Part shown: positions 27,625 through 36,694 of the stretch, in pieces | Layout of the letters: the number at the start of each line of letters is the position of its first letter | How positions within the stretch are numbered: position 1 is the stretch's first letter | Assembly (NCBI GenBank): GCA_963692915.1 | Contig: OY843584.1 | Coordinates: forward strand, 1,216,001-1,280,000 | From: Cenarchaeum sp. | GTDB taxonomy: Archaea > Thermoproteota > Nitrososphaeria > Nitrososphaerales > Nitrosopumilaceae | Direction: 5' to 3' | DNA length: 64,000 bases | Program-made: the position numbers and the translations under genes | The notes under the pieces: model-generated | The model's database searches: none | What the model was told of the DNA's origin: nothing | What the model saw: the letters and a program-made list of their open reading frames with translations, nothing else

Positions 27625-27987
27625 TCAGCGCGCGTGCTTTGCTATAGCCGACTCTAGATCCTTGAGGAGGAGCGGCTTGTTGAGGAGCGCACAGAGTCCC
27701 TGCGACTGTGCGCCCTTGTAGCGCTCGCCGTCTAGCGCATAGCTTGACGTGAACACGACACGCGCATCAGAATCTTCTTTGCGTATTCGCTCAAATGCCT
27801 CATAGCCGTCAATGCCGGGCATCTTTATGTCAAGGAACGTGATGTCAGGCACCTCCTCGCGGTGCATCTCGACGGCATTGTTCCCGTCTGTGGCCGTGAG
27901 GACATTATACCCGCAGTCCATGAGCATGAGCTGCGAGGACTCCAAAAAGTCAGTATCGTCGTCTACAAAGAGTATCTTTTTGGACAT
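27625..27987 (-). CDS. Stand-alone response regulator receiver (CheY-like)
   Basis: ILFVDDD, PDITFLDIKMPGIDG, LNKP; start taken at ATG 27987, not the ORF-track 28230. Confidence 0.9.
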   Translation of the reverse strand: MSKKILFVDDDTDFLESSQLMLMDCGYNVLTATDGNNAVEMHREEVPDITFLDIKMPGIDGYEAFERIRKEDSDARVVFTSSYALDGERYKGAQSQGLCALLNKPLLLKDLESAIAKHAR

Positions 27988-28159
27988 CCTGACTGCCCAC
28001 GGCTGCAGGCGCGGCGCGTTAAGTGTGTTGCGTGGGCGGGCAGTGCATGATGCCGGGAGGCCGGCGATCCCCGGCGGCAAGGACACGCGTGCGCCACGTT
28101 TGGCGCTGCGCGCGGCTAGGACGTCTCTCCTCTCCATCTCGAGCTTTTCCCGCAGCCTA

Positions 28160-28312
28160 ACGCTATCGCGCCACAACTCGTCCTTTCCCTGCCGCGCTGT
28201 GCCCCCATGTGCGCGCCACCACTTGCCCATACCCCGGCAGGCATCGCTGCGGTAAATGGATAGGCGGGATCACGCCCATTTAACCAAGAGCAGCAAGAGT
28301 GCCGATTCCATT
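28160..28312 (-). mobile_element. Decayed end of an IS66-like element, homologous to 46680-46812
   Basis: gcggtaaatggataggcgggatcacgcccatttaaccaagag (28249) aligns with gcggtaaatggatcggcaggatcgcgcctatttgaccaaaag (46748); similarity continues on both sides. Confidence 0.6.
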
Positions 28313-28319
28313 GTCAATT

Positions 28320-28447
28320 CGCTATTCAGCTTAAATAAACCCACGGGGAAGCGGCGTGCGATGCCCGACACGGTGGTAGTCAGAGGATCTTATGACGAAG
28401 GCAATCTTGTCTTGTACCCGGTCGTGCATGATTTGCCATTACTCATC
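28320..28447 (+). pseudogene. Degenerate duplicate of the purA promoter and first ~32 codons
   Basis: 23-bp identity with 31799-31821; MPDTVVVRGSYDEGNLVLYPVVHDLPLLI vs PurA MPSTVIVGGFYGDEGKGKLVSYLATHDSPSLI. Confidence 0.85.
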
Positions 28448-28482
28448 TCAATATGCGAAATTAGGCTATTGGAGGTGGATAT

Positions 28483-31400
28483 ATGATGAATGAACTTTTT
28501 TCGGCAAAAACAGTCAAGAAATTTTGTGAAAAAATTGAATTAACTGCAGAACAAAAGAAATCAGCAGATGAGTGGTGTAAACTACTTGAAAATAACGAAT
28601 TAGAGGATGAAGTGTCCAATTATCCAAAATTTATGCAGATAATTCTTGCAGATATACTTGGATATTCTATTAAAGGACTTAGTTTTGAAGAGTCTCATAT
28701 TGAATTTGCGCACAAGAAAGATGAAGAAAAGATAATGTGCATTGAAGTAAAAGGAACATCAGTCAAAGACGTATTTGCGTTACAGCACAGAAAAAAAGAA
28801 CACTCGACCCCCATAAAACAACTGTGGGACTATATGGGGAGTGATAATAATTTAAAATATGGAATATGTACTAATTACAGGCATTTTGTGTTAATCACTA
28901 AAAAATTAGGATATACAAAATATCATATGTTCAATTTCGAATCAGTTCGAAATGATGAAAATAAATTAAAAGAATTCATAGGCATTTTTTCAAAAAAACG
29001 TATTGATGGGGGGTTTATAGAACAGATACAGTTAGAAACAGATAATGAAGAGAAAGACCTCACAGAAGAATTTTATGAATTGTACGGTAAAACTAGACTA
29101 ATGTTAATAGAAGAATTCAAATCAAAAGGAATCAACACACCAGATGCAGTTAATGTTGCTCAAACATTTCTGAATAGAATGATTTTTGTATTTTTTGCTG
29201 AAGATTGTAGATTAATTGATGACAAAGACATGTTTTCAGATAACGTTGTAGATATACTTCATGCAAATCTTGGCGACACCACAAAAAGAATTTGGTCATA
29301 TATTGTCAAAGAGCTTTTTGTTTATTTTGATAAAGGATCAGATGATCCTCTAGTTTTTGGGTTCAATGGCGGCCTGTTTCAAGATCCAATTCCAGATAAA
29401 ATATTCATAAGAGATAAACAAAACAAAGATTTTTTCAAAAAAATTGAATCAAAAACCCAATACGCAACACGACAGTCATGGGAATTTAAGACAAAAATAG
29501 AAAAAGCTGTCAAGCGACACAGAAACCTAAATCCAATTATTAAAAATCTTTTAAAGCTATCTTCGTATGATTTTGAAAGCCAGGTACGAGTAAACATACT
29601 TGGACATATTTTTGAAAATTCCATATCAGAATTAGAAGGGTTATTACAATCACCGGATCTAAACATAAAACCGCGACGCAAACGTGAGGGGGTGTTCTAT
29701 ACTCCAGAATACATAACAAAGTACATATGTACAAATACAATAATTCCATATTTGTCAAAATCAAACACAAATGATATACACAATTTGATTATAGAATATG
29801 AAGGTGAGATAGAAAATTTAGAAAAAAAGCTACGCAGTATAAAAATACTGGATCCATCTTGTGGTTCTGGAGCATTTTTAATAGAAGCCGCCAATATATT
29901 GATCGAAGTGCATGACAAGATTCGACAATACAAGTTGGCCCATAATTTAATAGATGATAACGTATTAGAAAAATCAATTAATGATGTGAAAATAAGAACA
30001 GTCGTGCAAGATAACTTGTACGGAATTGATATTAATTTTCAATCAGTTGAAATTACAAAACTTTCGTTATTTTTAATGACGGCATCCCGTCAAGAAAAAC
30101 TTCAAAATTTATCGAAGAACATAATTGTTGGCAATAGTGTCATAAACAATAAAGTTTTCAATTGGAAGATCGCATTTCCTGAAATAGATAGCTTTGACAT
30201 AATTATTGGCAATCCCCCATATGTCAGACAAGAAGATTTAAAAGATCATAAAGCTGATATGCAGATACCAATGTCAAACACATTAAAATTAAGGAATAAA
30301 TTTAGCATACCTAGTACTAGCGACCTAAGCAGTTATTTTTATTATCATTCTTTAAATTATCTTAAAAGTGGAGGCAAGTTAGGATTCATAACTAGTGATA
30401 GCTGGTTACATTGGAATTATGGAAAATCATTACAAAAATGTCTGTTAGACAATAGTGAATTGAATATACTAATGCGCACGAATTTCAATGTTTTTGATGA
30501 TGCAGATGTTAAAACTATCACAACAGTGTTAACAAAATCCACCAAGCATGGGAATACTGTAGATATAATCAATGTTGACAGCAAAGACGAATTATTGCAA
30601 GTGCCAGATGCTTCATCAAAACACATGTTGCAGGAAGAATTCAATAGTGACAATTGGAATTTATATTTTACAGATCCATTACCTAGTCCCAAGGTTCCCA
30701 TGATTAAGATGGAAGAGGTAGGAGAGATCAGGATGGGGAGGAAAACTGGAAATAACGATTTTTTTATTATAGATAAACTAACGATCAAAAAATTTGCCAT
30801 TAATAAAAAATACTATAGGCCAATAATCCCAGACAATATTAAGAATGGTTCTTTGGATAATATTCGTGCAAATAAATATTTGTTATACGTCAACGATTCA
30901 AAAAGAGTATTAAAACAAACAAAAAATGGAAAATGTGTTTTAAAATACATTGAAGATAACAACATAGAGATCATGCCCAAAAAAGGTACAAATGAAAAGC
31001 TCTGCAGGGTGTCAGAATTACGATCAGTGAGAAGCCATAAACCTTACTGGTATTCATTAAAACTGAATAAACCTACACCCATATTGCTTGCTCGATTTGC
31101 AAATGAACGTATGAAAATATATGAAAACAGCGGAGAGTTTTACGCATCAGATAATTATGCAGAATTCACACCGGAAGATTCTGAACACGTTAGTGCGTAT
31201 TTAGCATTTCTCACATCATCTTGGTTTTCATTATTCTTAGAAAAACATGGCCACACAGCAGGCGGCAATGCACTGCAATTTAAAACTGGAGATTATGTAA
31301 ATGCGCCTGTTCCAGATTTCAAAAAAATTAAAGAAACGAATCAGAAAGGCAAAAATAAAACAAAAATAAAACAGCTAAAAGATGCGTGGAATTGTTTTAA

Positions 31401-31530
31401 AGAAGACTATGATCAAGCAGCTCTTGACAATGTTGTGTTAAACGTGCTGGGGTTTAACAAAAATGAGATAAATGCCATATTAGCAGATCTCGACAAGTCT
31501 GTGCGACGTAGAATTCAAGCAACTCCATGA
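28483..31530 (+). CDS. Type IIG/Eco57I-like fused restriction endonuclease-N6 adenine methyltransferase
   Basis: N-terminal IEF...IEVKG...QLWDY...ICTN; FLNRMIFVFFAED; GFNGGLF; LGHIFE; GVFYTP; motif I ILDPSCGSGAFL; motif IV IIGNPPYV; far more AT-rich than its flanks. Confidence 0.9.
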   Translation: MMNELFSAKTVKKFCEKIELTAEQKKSADEWCKLLENNELEDEVSNYPKFMQIILADILGYSIKGLSFEESHIEFAHKKDEEKIMCIEVKGTSVKDVFALQHRKKEHSTPIKQLWDYMGSDNNLKYGICTNYRHFVLITKKLGYTKYHMFNFESVRNDENKLKEFIGIFSKKRIDGGFIEQIQLETDNEEKDLTEEFYELYGKTRLMLIEEFKSKGINTPDAVNVAQTFLNRMIFVFFAEDCRLIDDKDMFSDNVVDILHANLGDTTKRIWSYIVKELFVYFDKGSDDPLVFGFNGGLFQDPIPDKIFIRDKQNKDFFKKIESKTQYATRQSWEFKTKIEKAVKRHRNLNPIIKNLLKLSSYDFESQVRVNILGHIFENSISELEGLLQSPDLNIKPRRKREGVFYTPEYITKYICTNTIIPYLSKSNTNDIHNLIIEYEGEIENLEKKLRSIKILDPSCGSGAFLIEAANILIEVHDKIRQYKLAHNLIDDNVLEKSINDVKIRTVVQDNLYGIDINFQSVEITKLSLFLMTASRQEKLQNLSKNIIVGNSVINNKVFNWKIAFPEIDSFDIIIGNPPYVRQEDLKDHKADMQIPMSNTLKLRNKFSIPSTSDLSSYFYYHSLNYLKSGGKLGFITSDSWLHWNYGKSLQKCLLDNSELNILMRTNFNVFDDADVKTITTVLTKSTKHGNTVDIINVDSKDELLQVPDASSKHMLQEEFNSDNWNLYFTDPLPSPKVPMIKMEEVGEIRMGRKTGNNDFFIIDKLTIKKFAINKKYYRPIIPDNIKNGSLDNIRANKYLLYVNDSKRVLKQTKNGKCVLKYIEDNNIEIMPKKGTNEKLCRVSELRSVRSHKPYWYSLKLNKPTPILLARFANERMKIYENSGEFYASDNYAEFTPEDSEHVSAYLAFLTSSWFSLFLEKHGHTAGGNALQFKTGDYVNAPVPDFKKIKETNQKGKNKTKIKQLKDAWNCFKEDYDQAALDNVVLNVLGFNKNEINAILADLDKSVRRRIQATP

Positions 31531-31798
31531 TGGTCAGCAAATGCTTGCGATGGCATGCGCGCACCAATGTGCGAAAGGCGGCATTGTGCCTCAACGGAAT
31601 AAGCCACGGTACGAATGGGTTCCGAGAGCCATCACGCACGGGGGCGCAATATCCACGTTCCCACAAGAGGTCAGACCCAGCACCATTTCTGCTGAGGGGC
31701 GCTCTTGCGACACTCGCTTGTAATGACACGATTACTAAGAAGACGTAGGCGAGCCCTGCGTGGCTGCAGTGGAGCCTGGGAGGGAACCGCCCACGGCG

Positions 31799-31821
31799 CG
31801 CTATTCAGCTTAAATAAACCC
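31799..31821 (+). repeat. Right copy of the 23-bp direct repeat, containing the purA TATA box (TTAAATAA)
   Basis: cgctattcagcttaaataaaccc, identical at 28320-28342. Confidence 0.9.
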
Positions 31822-31840
31822 GTGACCGCAGCGGCGCGCG

Positions 31841-32848
31841 ATGCCCTCTACGGTGATAGTCGGTGGATTTTACGGTGATGAGGGCAAGGGCAAGCTCGTC
31901 TCGTACCTGGCCACACATGACTCGCCGTCGCTCATCGTGAGGGGCGGAGCCGGCCCCAACGCGGGCCACACGATAATCGACGAAGGCAAGACGTGCAAGG
32001 TTCGCATGATCCCGTGCGGCTTTGTCAACAGGGAGACGCGCCTCGGGATAGGTCCCGGCGTGGTAGTCGACCCCGACGTCCTCCTGCGCGAGGTTCGCGA
32101 GTTTGGCGCCGAGGGCAGGGTCGTCGTGGACTCGCGATGCGGTGTGATCGACGCGTCGCACCGCGAGGCCGACGCCGGAGGCCACCTGGCCGGCAAGATA
32201 GGCAGCACGGGGTCAGGAACCGGACCGGCCAACGCCGAGCGCGCAATGCGCACGCTTCGACTGGCGCGCGACGAGCCCCGCCTAGAGGGCATCACCGGCG
32301 ATGTTCCCCTGGAGCTCAACTCGGCGCTAGATGAGGGCAGAGACGTCCTCGTCGAGGGCACGCAGGGGACGTTTCTCTCGCTCTGGCACGGGACATACCC
32401 CTTTGTCACCTCAAAGGACGTCACGGCTGCCGGCATATGCGCCGACGTCGGACTCGGGCCAAAACGCGTGGATGAGGTCATCGTCGCCTTCAAGGCGTAC
32501 GTCACGCGTGTCGGATCCGGACCCCTCGAGGGCGAGCTTGGGGCCGAGGAGGCAAAGTCGCGCGGTTGGGCCGAGTTTGGCGCAGTCACGGGCAGGCCAC
32601 GCAGGGCCGCCGAGTTTGACCATGCGCTAGCCAGGCGTGCAGTCATGCTCAACGGCGCCACGCAGCTTGCCATCACAAAGCTCGACGTCGTCTTTCCCGA
32701 GTGCGCAGGCGTGAGCTCGTGGGATGGCCTCGCGCCCGAGGCGCGCGCATTCGTCGAGGGAATCGAGTCCTCCCTAGGCGTGCGCGTCACGCTCATGGGC
32801 ACGGGTCCGGGCGCAGGCGATATCGTGGATCGTAGGGCTCACGCCTGA
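31841..32848 (+). CDS. purA: Adenylosuccinate synthetase
   Basis: GDEGKGK, GPNAGHT, EGTQG, YPFVTSKD, YVTRVG.GP, GAVTGRPRR, ITKLD. Confidence 0.97.
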   Translation: MPSTVIVGGFYGDEGKGKLVSYLATHDSPSLIVRGGAGPNAGHTIIDEGKTCKVRMIPCGFVNRETRLGIGPGVVVDPDVLLREVREFGAEGRVVVDSRCGVIDASHREADAGGHLAGKIGSTGSGTGPANAERAMRTLRLARDEPRLEGITGDVPLELNSALDEGRDVLVEGTQGTFLSLWHGTYPFVTSKDVTAAGICADVGLGPKRVDEVIVAFKAYVTRVGSGPLEGELGAEEAKSRGWAEFGAVTGRPRRAAEFDHALARRAVMLNGATQLAITKLDVVFPECAGVSSWDGLAPEARAFVEGIESSLGVRVTLMGTGPGAGDIVDRRAHA

Positions 32849-32888
32849 CAGGGTAGGTTTAATTTGTCGCAATCTGCCATGCGCACGC

Positions 32889-33572
32889 ATGGCCACAACG
32901 GCGAATGAGACGGACACAAAGCCACGCTATATCGAGGTTAGCTCACATCTCGAGTTCTCACGCATGGTCTGCGCGCTAGAGCGCGTGCCGCGAACCGTCT
33001 TTATGCACGAGCATGACGGCGCACAGGTTCTCTCTGTCCAGATGGACATACTCAACGAAAAACCCGTCATATACTATGTGCAGGCCGACAGAGGCGGCCA
33101 GTACATCTCGTACGGCATACGCGGCAACCGTGAAGAGTCGACCATGACGGACTCGGTCAGCGAGACTGGACGCATCTACTCGCCCATAGTCGGCATAAAG
33201 TCGCTCCCAAACAACCTTCGCGCAGGCAATGGGACTGCAGACAAGTACTTTCCGCTCGAGCTAGACGACCTGTCTAGCCTCGCAAAGCTGAGCTATGGCT
33301 TTGAGGACACGCCGTTTCCGCTCTTTGCGTTTCCGGCCAACGGCAAATGGCTAGTCGGCGTGTTCATGAACTTTAACGAGGACGGCCCATCGTACTTTTG
33401 CCATGTGGCCATGGACTCCGAGCCGGCAAAGCCATTCCTAAAGTACGCGACGTCCAACGGTTCAAAGCCCGAGCTCGTCGATGCGCCAAGTGACCACGGC
33501 TACTCGTACATCAAGATAATACGCCTAAAGGACACACACCCGCTAGTTGACTATGCGCAGCTTCAAAACTAG
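32889..33572 (+). CDS. Hypothetical protein
   Basis: 227-aa ORF with host-like codon usage and TTTAAT upstream. Confidence 0.75.
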   Translation: MATTANETDTKPRYIEVSSHLEFSRMVCALERVPRTVFMHEHDGAQVLSVQMDILNEKPVIYYVQADRGGQYISYGIRGNREESTMTDSVSETGRIYSPIVGIKSLPNNLRAGNGTADKYFPLELDDLSSLAKLSYGFEDTPFPLFAFPANGKWLVGVFMNFNEDGPSYFCHVAMDSEPAKPFLKYATSNGSKPELVDAPSDHGYSYIKIIRLKDTHPLVDYAQLQN

Positions 33573-34284
33573 GATGCGCGAGGCCGCGCGCGCAGCCGGT
33601 CCCCTTGTCCTTGCAGCAGATATCGTCGGTTCGCCCTCGCGAACCGTTGCGCGCATACAGGCCGCAACAAGACGCGTCGAGGGCAGCGCGTGTGCGATAA
33701 AGCTAAACATGCACGCGCTCCTCCCGCTAGGTGCAGCCGATGTTCGCGACATTGCGCGAACGGCTCACTCGCTAGGCATGCAGGCAATAGCAGACATAAA
33801 GCTCAACGACATTCCGGCTACAAACGAGGCTGCAGCATCGGCCCTCTGGTCAATGGGCATCGACGCGCTGATCGCAAATCCGGTCATGGGTCCGGCGAGC
33901 CTCGCGGCCCTTGCACGCGCGGCGCGGCGAGGGGGGCATGGCGTCATTGCGCTGGGTCACATGAGCGCGCCGGAGGCGCGCGCGACGTACGAGGCACGCA
34001 TCTCGCCTTCGCGACGCCTGTATCACGACTTTGTGCGTAGCGCCGCGCGCGCAGGCGTCGACGGGATCGTCGTTGGCGCGACATATCCGCGGATAATATC
34101 CGAGTGTGCGCGAATTGCGCGCGGCGTGCCGATATACTCTCCGGGCATCGGAGCCCAGGGCGGCAGCGCGCAGCGTGCGGCATCGGCCGGTACAGACTAT
34201 TTCATCGTGGGTCGCTCAATCCTGCAAGCGCGTGACGCGCGAGCCGAGGCCGCGCGCGTCTGCGCCCTCGTCAGCGCAGAGTAG
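33553..34284 (+). CDS. pyrF: Orotidine-5'-phosphate decarboxylase
   Basis: LVLAAD, IADIKLNDIPATN, VVGAT, SPGIGAQGG, IVGRSI. Confidence 0.93.
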   Translation: MRSFKTRMREAARAAGPLVLAADIVGSPSRTVARIQAATRRVEGSACAIKLNMHALLPLGAADVRDIARTAHSLGMQAIADIKLNDIPATNEAAASALWSMGIDALIANPVMGPASLAALARAARRGGHGVIALGHMSAPEARATYEARISPSRRLYHDFVRSAARAGVDGIVVGATYPRIISECARIARGVPIYSPGIGAQGGSAQRAASAGTDYFIVGRSILQARDARAEAARVCALVSAE

Positions 34285-34686
34285 GCGGTTTGCAGCCTCA
34301 AGGACACCGCGCGCATTCTCGTACGTGAGCGTATCCATCGCCTGCCCGTACTCTTCCCACGCGTGCGCCCTGTGCTCGTGTGAGAGGCGCACGCTCGAGG
34401 TGTTCGTGCGCGCAAGAAAGAACGAGACCCTCTTGCGTATAAAAACACCTTCGTGCATAAAGTTGTAGCGTATATCTTTTTGAAACCCCTCGACGAACTC
34501 GATATCTGATATTCCCGTCTCCTCGAGCGTCTCGCGCACGACGGTCTGACGATCGTCCTCACCGGCCTCAATCTTGCCCTTGACAAAGTCCCAGTGGTTT
34601 GTGGGATACAGGAGGAGCAAAAAGCGGCGCGCATCGCCATCCCCCGTGAATATGACTGCGCCTGCGGATCTCTGCGTTACTGCCAT
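34216..34686 (-). CDS. Nudix hydrolase (Ap4A hydrolase-like)
   Basis: HWDFVKGKIEAGEDDRQTVVRETLEETGI; LSHEH. Confidence 0.9.
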   Translation of the reverse strand: MAVTQRSAGAVIFTGDGDARRFLLLLYPTNHWDFVKGKIEAGEDDRQTVVRETLEETGISDIEFVEGFQKDIRYNFMHEGVFIRKRVSFFLARTNTSSVRLSHEHRAHAWEEYGQAMDTLTYENARGVLEAANRLLCADEGADARGLGSRVTRLQD

Positions 34687-34689
34687 TGC

Positions 34690-35478
34690 CTATCTCCCCC
34701 CTCGACGCTCACGGCTCTGGAATGTCCGTATCGCTCGCATCAGGTCTATCTTGCGAAACTCGGGCCAGAGTATGTCCATAAAGACTAGCTCGCTGTATGC
34801 GCTCTGCCATAGGAGAAAGCCGCTAAGCCTGCGCTCACCGGACGTGCGAAGGACGAGATCAGGTGCTGACTGCGGGAGGTGCGACGTGTAAAGGTTGGAC
34901 TCGATAACAGACTTGTCGATCGACGACGCATCAACGCTTCCGTCATCCACCCCGCGCGCTATCTTTTTGACCGCATCGACGAGCTCGTCCTGGCCGCCGT
35001 ATGCCAGCGCAATGTTGAGAAAGCGCCGATCGTATCCACGTGTGGCCTTTTCGAGCTTGTCGAGTGTGCGCGTGATCGACTCGGGCAGGAGGTCAAGCCT
35101 GCCCATTCCCGTGACGCGCATGCGGCGTCGGTGAAGGCGCGAGTCGCCAAGGAGCTTTTCTAGACGAGCGCCGATCAGCGTAAAGAGCTCGTCGACCTCC
35201 GAGTCGCCGCGGTCGAGGTTCTCGACTGAGAGCGCATAGAGCGTGATTATGCGGATGCCGAGCTCCTCGCACCAGTCAAGGAGGCGCTCGACGGCGTCTG
35301 CACCCATGCCGTGCGCATCGCCAGTGTGCGCATTTTTTTCCTTGGCCCACCGCCTGTTGCCGTCAAGTATGAGCGCAATGTGGCCGGGCATCGGCCTTTG
35401 GCTAATCTCGCGCTCGAGCCGCCGCGCGTAGAGGCCGTACAGGCCTCCTGCCCGCAGGAGCACATCCCTTAATGTCAA
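34690..35478 (-). CDS. uppS: cis-prenyltransferase (polyprenyl diphosphate synthase)
   Basis: HIALILDGNRRWA, YALSVEN, AYGGQDE, RTSGERRLSGFLLWQSAYSE. Confidence 0.96.
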   Translation of the reverse strand: MTLRDVLLRAGGLYGLYARRLEREISQRPMPGHIALILDGNRRWAKEKNAHTGDAHGMGADAVERLLDWCEELGIRIITLYALSVENLDRGDSEVDELFTLIGARLEKLLGDSRLHRRRMRVTGMGRLDLLPESITRTLDKLEKATRGYDRRFLNIALAYGGQDELVDAVKKIARGVDDGSVDASSIDKSVIESNLYTSHLPQSAPDLVLRTSGERRLSGFLLWQSAYSELVFMDILWPEFRKIDLMRAIRTFQSRERRGGR

Positions 35479-35717
35479 CGCGTGCGCGTATGGACGGCAG
35501 TATTATGTGCCTTTGCGGTGACTGGTGGACGCTCATAAAGCCGATAGTGCGCCCTAGAAGGGCATGGGCGCCTCTGGCATGCCCAGGGCATGGATTCCAG
35601 GAATGGTGGACTGCCGATGTGTTTGTCCGGATGACAAAGCCCCATGTTCAGGACGCCGGAGCCACACATGCGCCTAGGCAGCTATTGTAATATTAGAGGC
35701 AATGCGCGGGCTGTCCA

Positions 35718-36545
35718 ATGACAGCAGCAAGCATGCAAGAGGCACGTCAGCAAGAGTTGTCAGACATGAAAAGGCCGATTGAGACGAATAGCATTTATCA
35801 CGGCGACTGCATGGATGTAATGAAGGCCATTCCCGATGAGACAATAGGCACAATAGTCACATCACCCCCATACAACATCAAAAATTCCACAGGGAACGGG
35901 CTAAAAAATTCGAACGGCGGCAAGTGGCCCAATGCCGCACTTCAGAACGGGTATGTGGAGCACAATGACTCGATGTCACACCAGGAATACGTGGGATGGC
36001 AGCGTGAATGCATTTCCGAGATGATGCGCGTTTTAAAGCAGGACGGGGTGATCTTTTACAACCACAAGTGGCGCGTGCAAAATGGAATAATGCAGGGTCG
36101 AGAGGAGATCATAAGGGATTTTCCAGTCAGGCAGATAATAATTTGGCAGAGAGATGGAGGAATAAACTTCAATCCCGGGTATTTTTTGCCCACGTATGAG
36201 GTGATCTATATGATCACAAAACCAAAATTCAAGCTAGTACCCAAGGCAAACAAGATTGGAGACGTGTGGAGAATATCCCAAGAGAGGAACAATCCCCACC
36301 CGGCTCCATTTCCCGTACAGCTGGCGAAAAATTGCATACTTGCCACGGACAATGGGATCGTGATGGATCCATTTTTGGGATCAGGGACGACAGCTATTGC
36401 GGCAAAGACATGTGATCGCGAGTGGATCGGAATTGAGCAATCAAGAGAGTATTGCACGCTAGCAAAACGGAGAATTGGAGAAACATCAACCATAAAACAA
36501 GCATCGTCCAAAGAAATCAACATAATCACGTTGGGAGAAGGTTAA
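35718..36545 (+). CDS. Orphan beta-class N4-C/N6-A DNA methyltransferase
   Basis: VTSPPY precedes HPAPFP and DPFLGSGTT; lower GC than flanks. Confidence 0.92.
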   Translation: MTAASMQEARQQELSDMKRPIETNSIYHGDCMDVMKAIPDETIGTIVTSPPYNIKNSTGNGLKNSNGGKWPNAALQNGYVEHNDSMSHQEYVGWQRECISEMMRVLKQDGVIFYNHKWRVQNGIMQGREEIIRDFPVRQIIIWQRDGGINFNPGYFLPTYEVIYMITKPKFKLVPKANKIGDVWRISQERNNPHPAPFPVQLAKNCILATDNGIVMDPFLGSGTTAIAAKTCDREWIGIEQSREYCTLAKRRIGETSTIKQASSKEINIITLGEG

Positions 36546-36694
36546 GGCGCGGAGCGAATGGGATGCATATTGGTCAGTGCAAGAGCCCGTATCACATAAC
36601 CCGGTAGGCCATGTTCATAGATCTCTCGATCCCGTCGAACAGCCGTGATGCCCCGGTCAGAAGCAGGATGCGCCCGCGTACGCTAGGCGCCGCA

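Noticed and set aside
27988-28230. N-terminal extension of the response regulator
   Set aside because: The receiver domain starts cleanly at 27987; the extension overlaps the decayed IS-like sequence
31527-31790. ATGATGGTCAGCA as a second IS end making a composite transposon, and the short ORFs here
   Set aside because: Only a short gapped match to the candidate terminal repeat, with no further similarity or recognisable protein
35642-36617. CCATGTTCA on both sides of the orphan MTase as a target-site duplication
   Set aside because: 9 bp, not clearly at the composition boundaries, and compatible with chance
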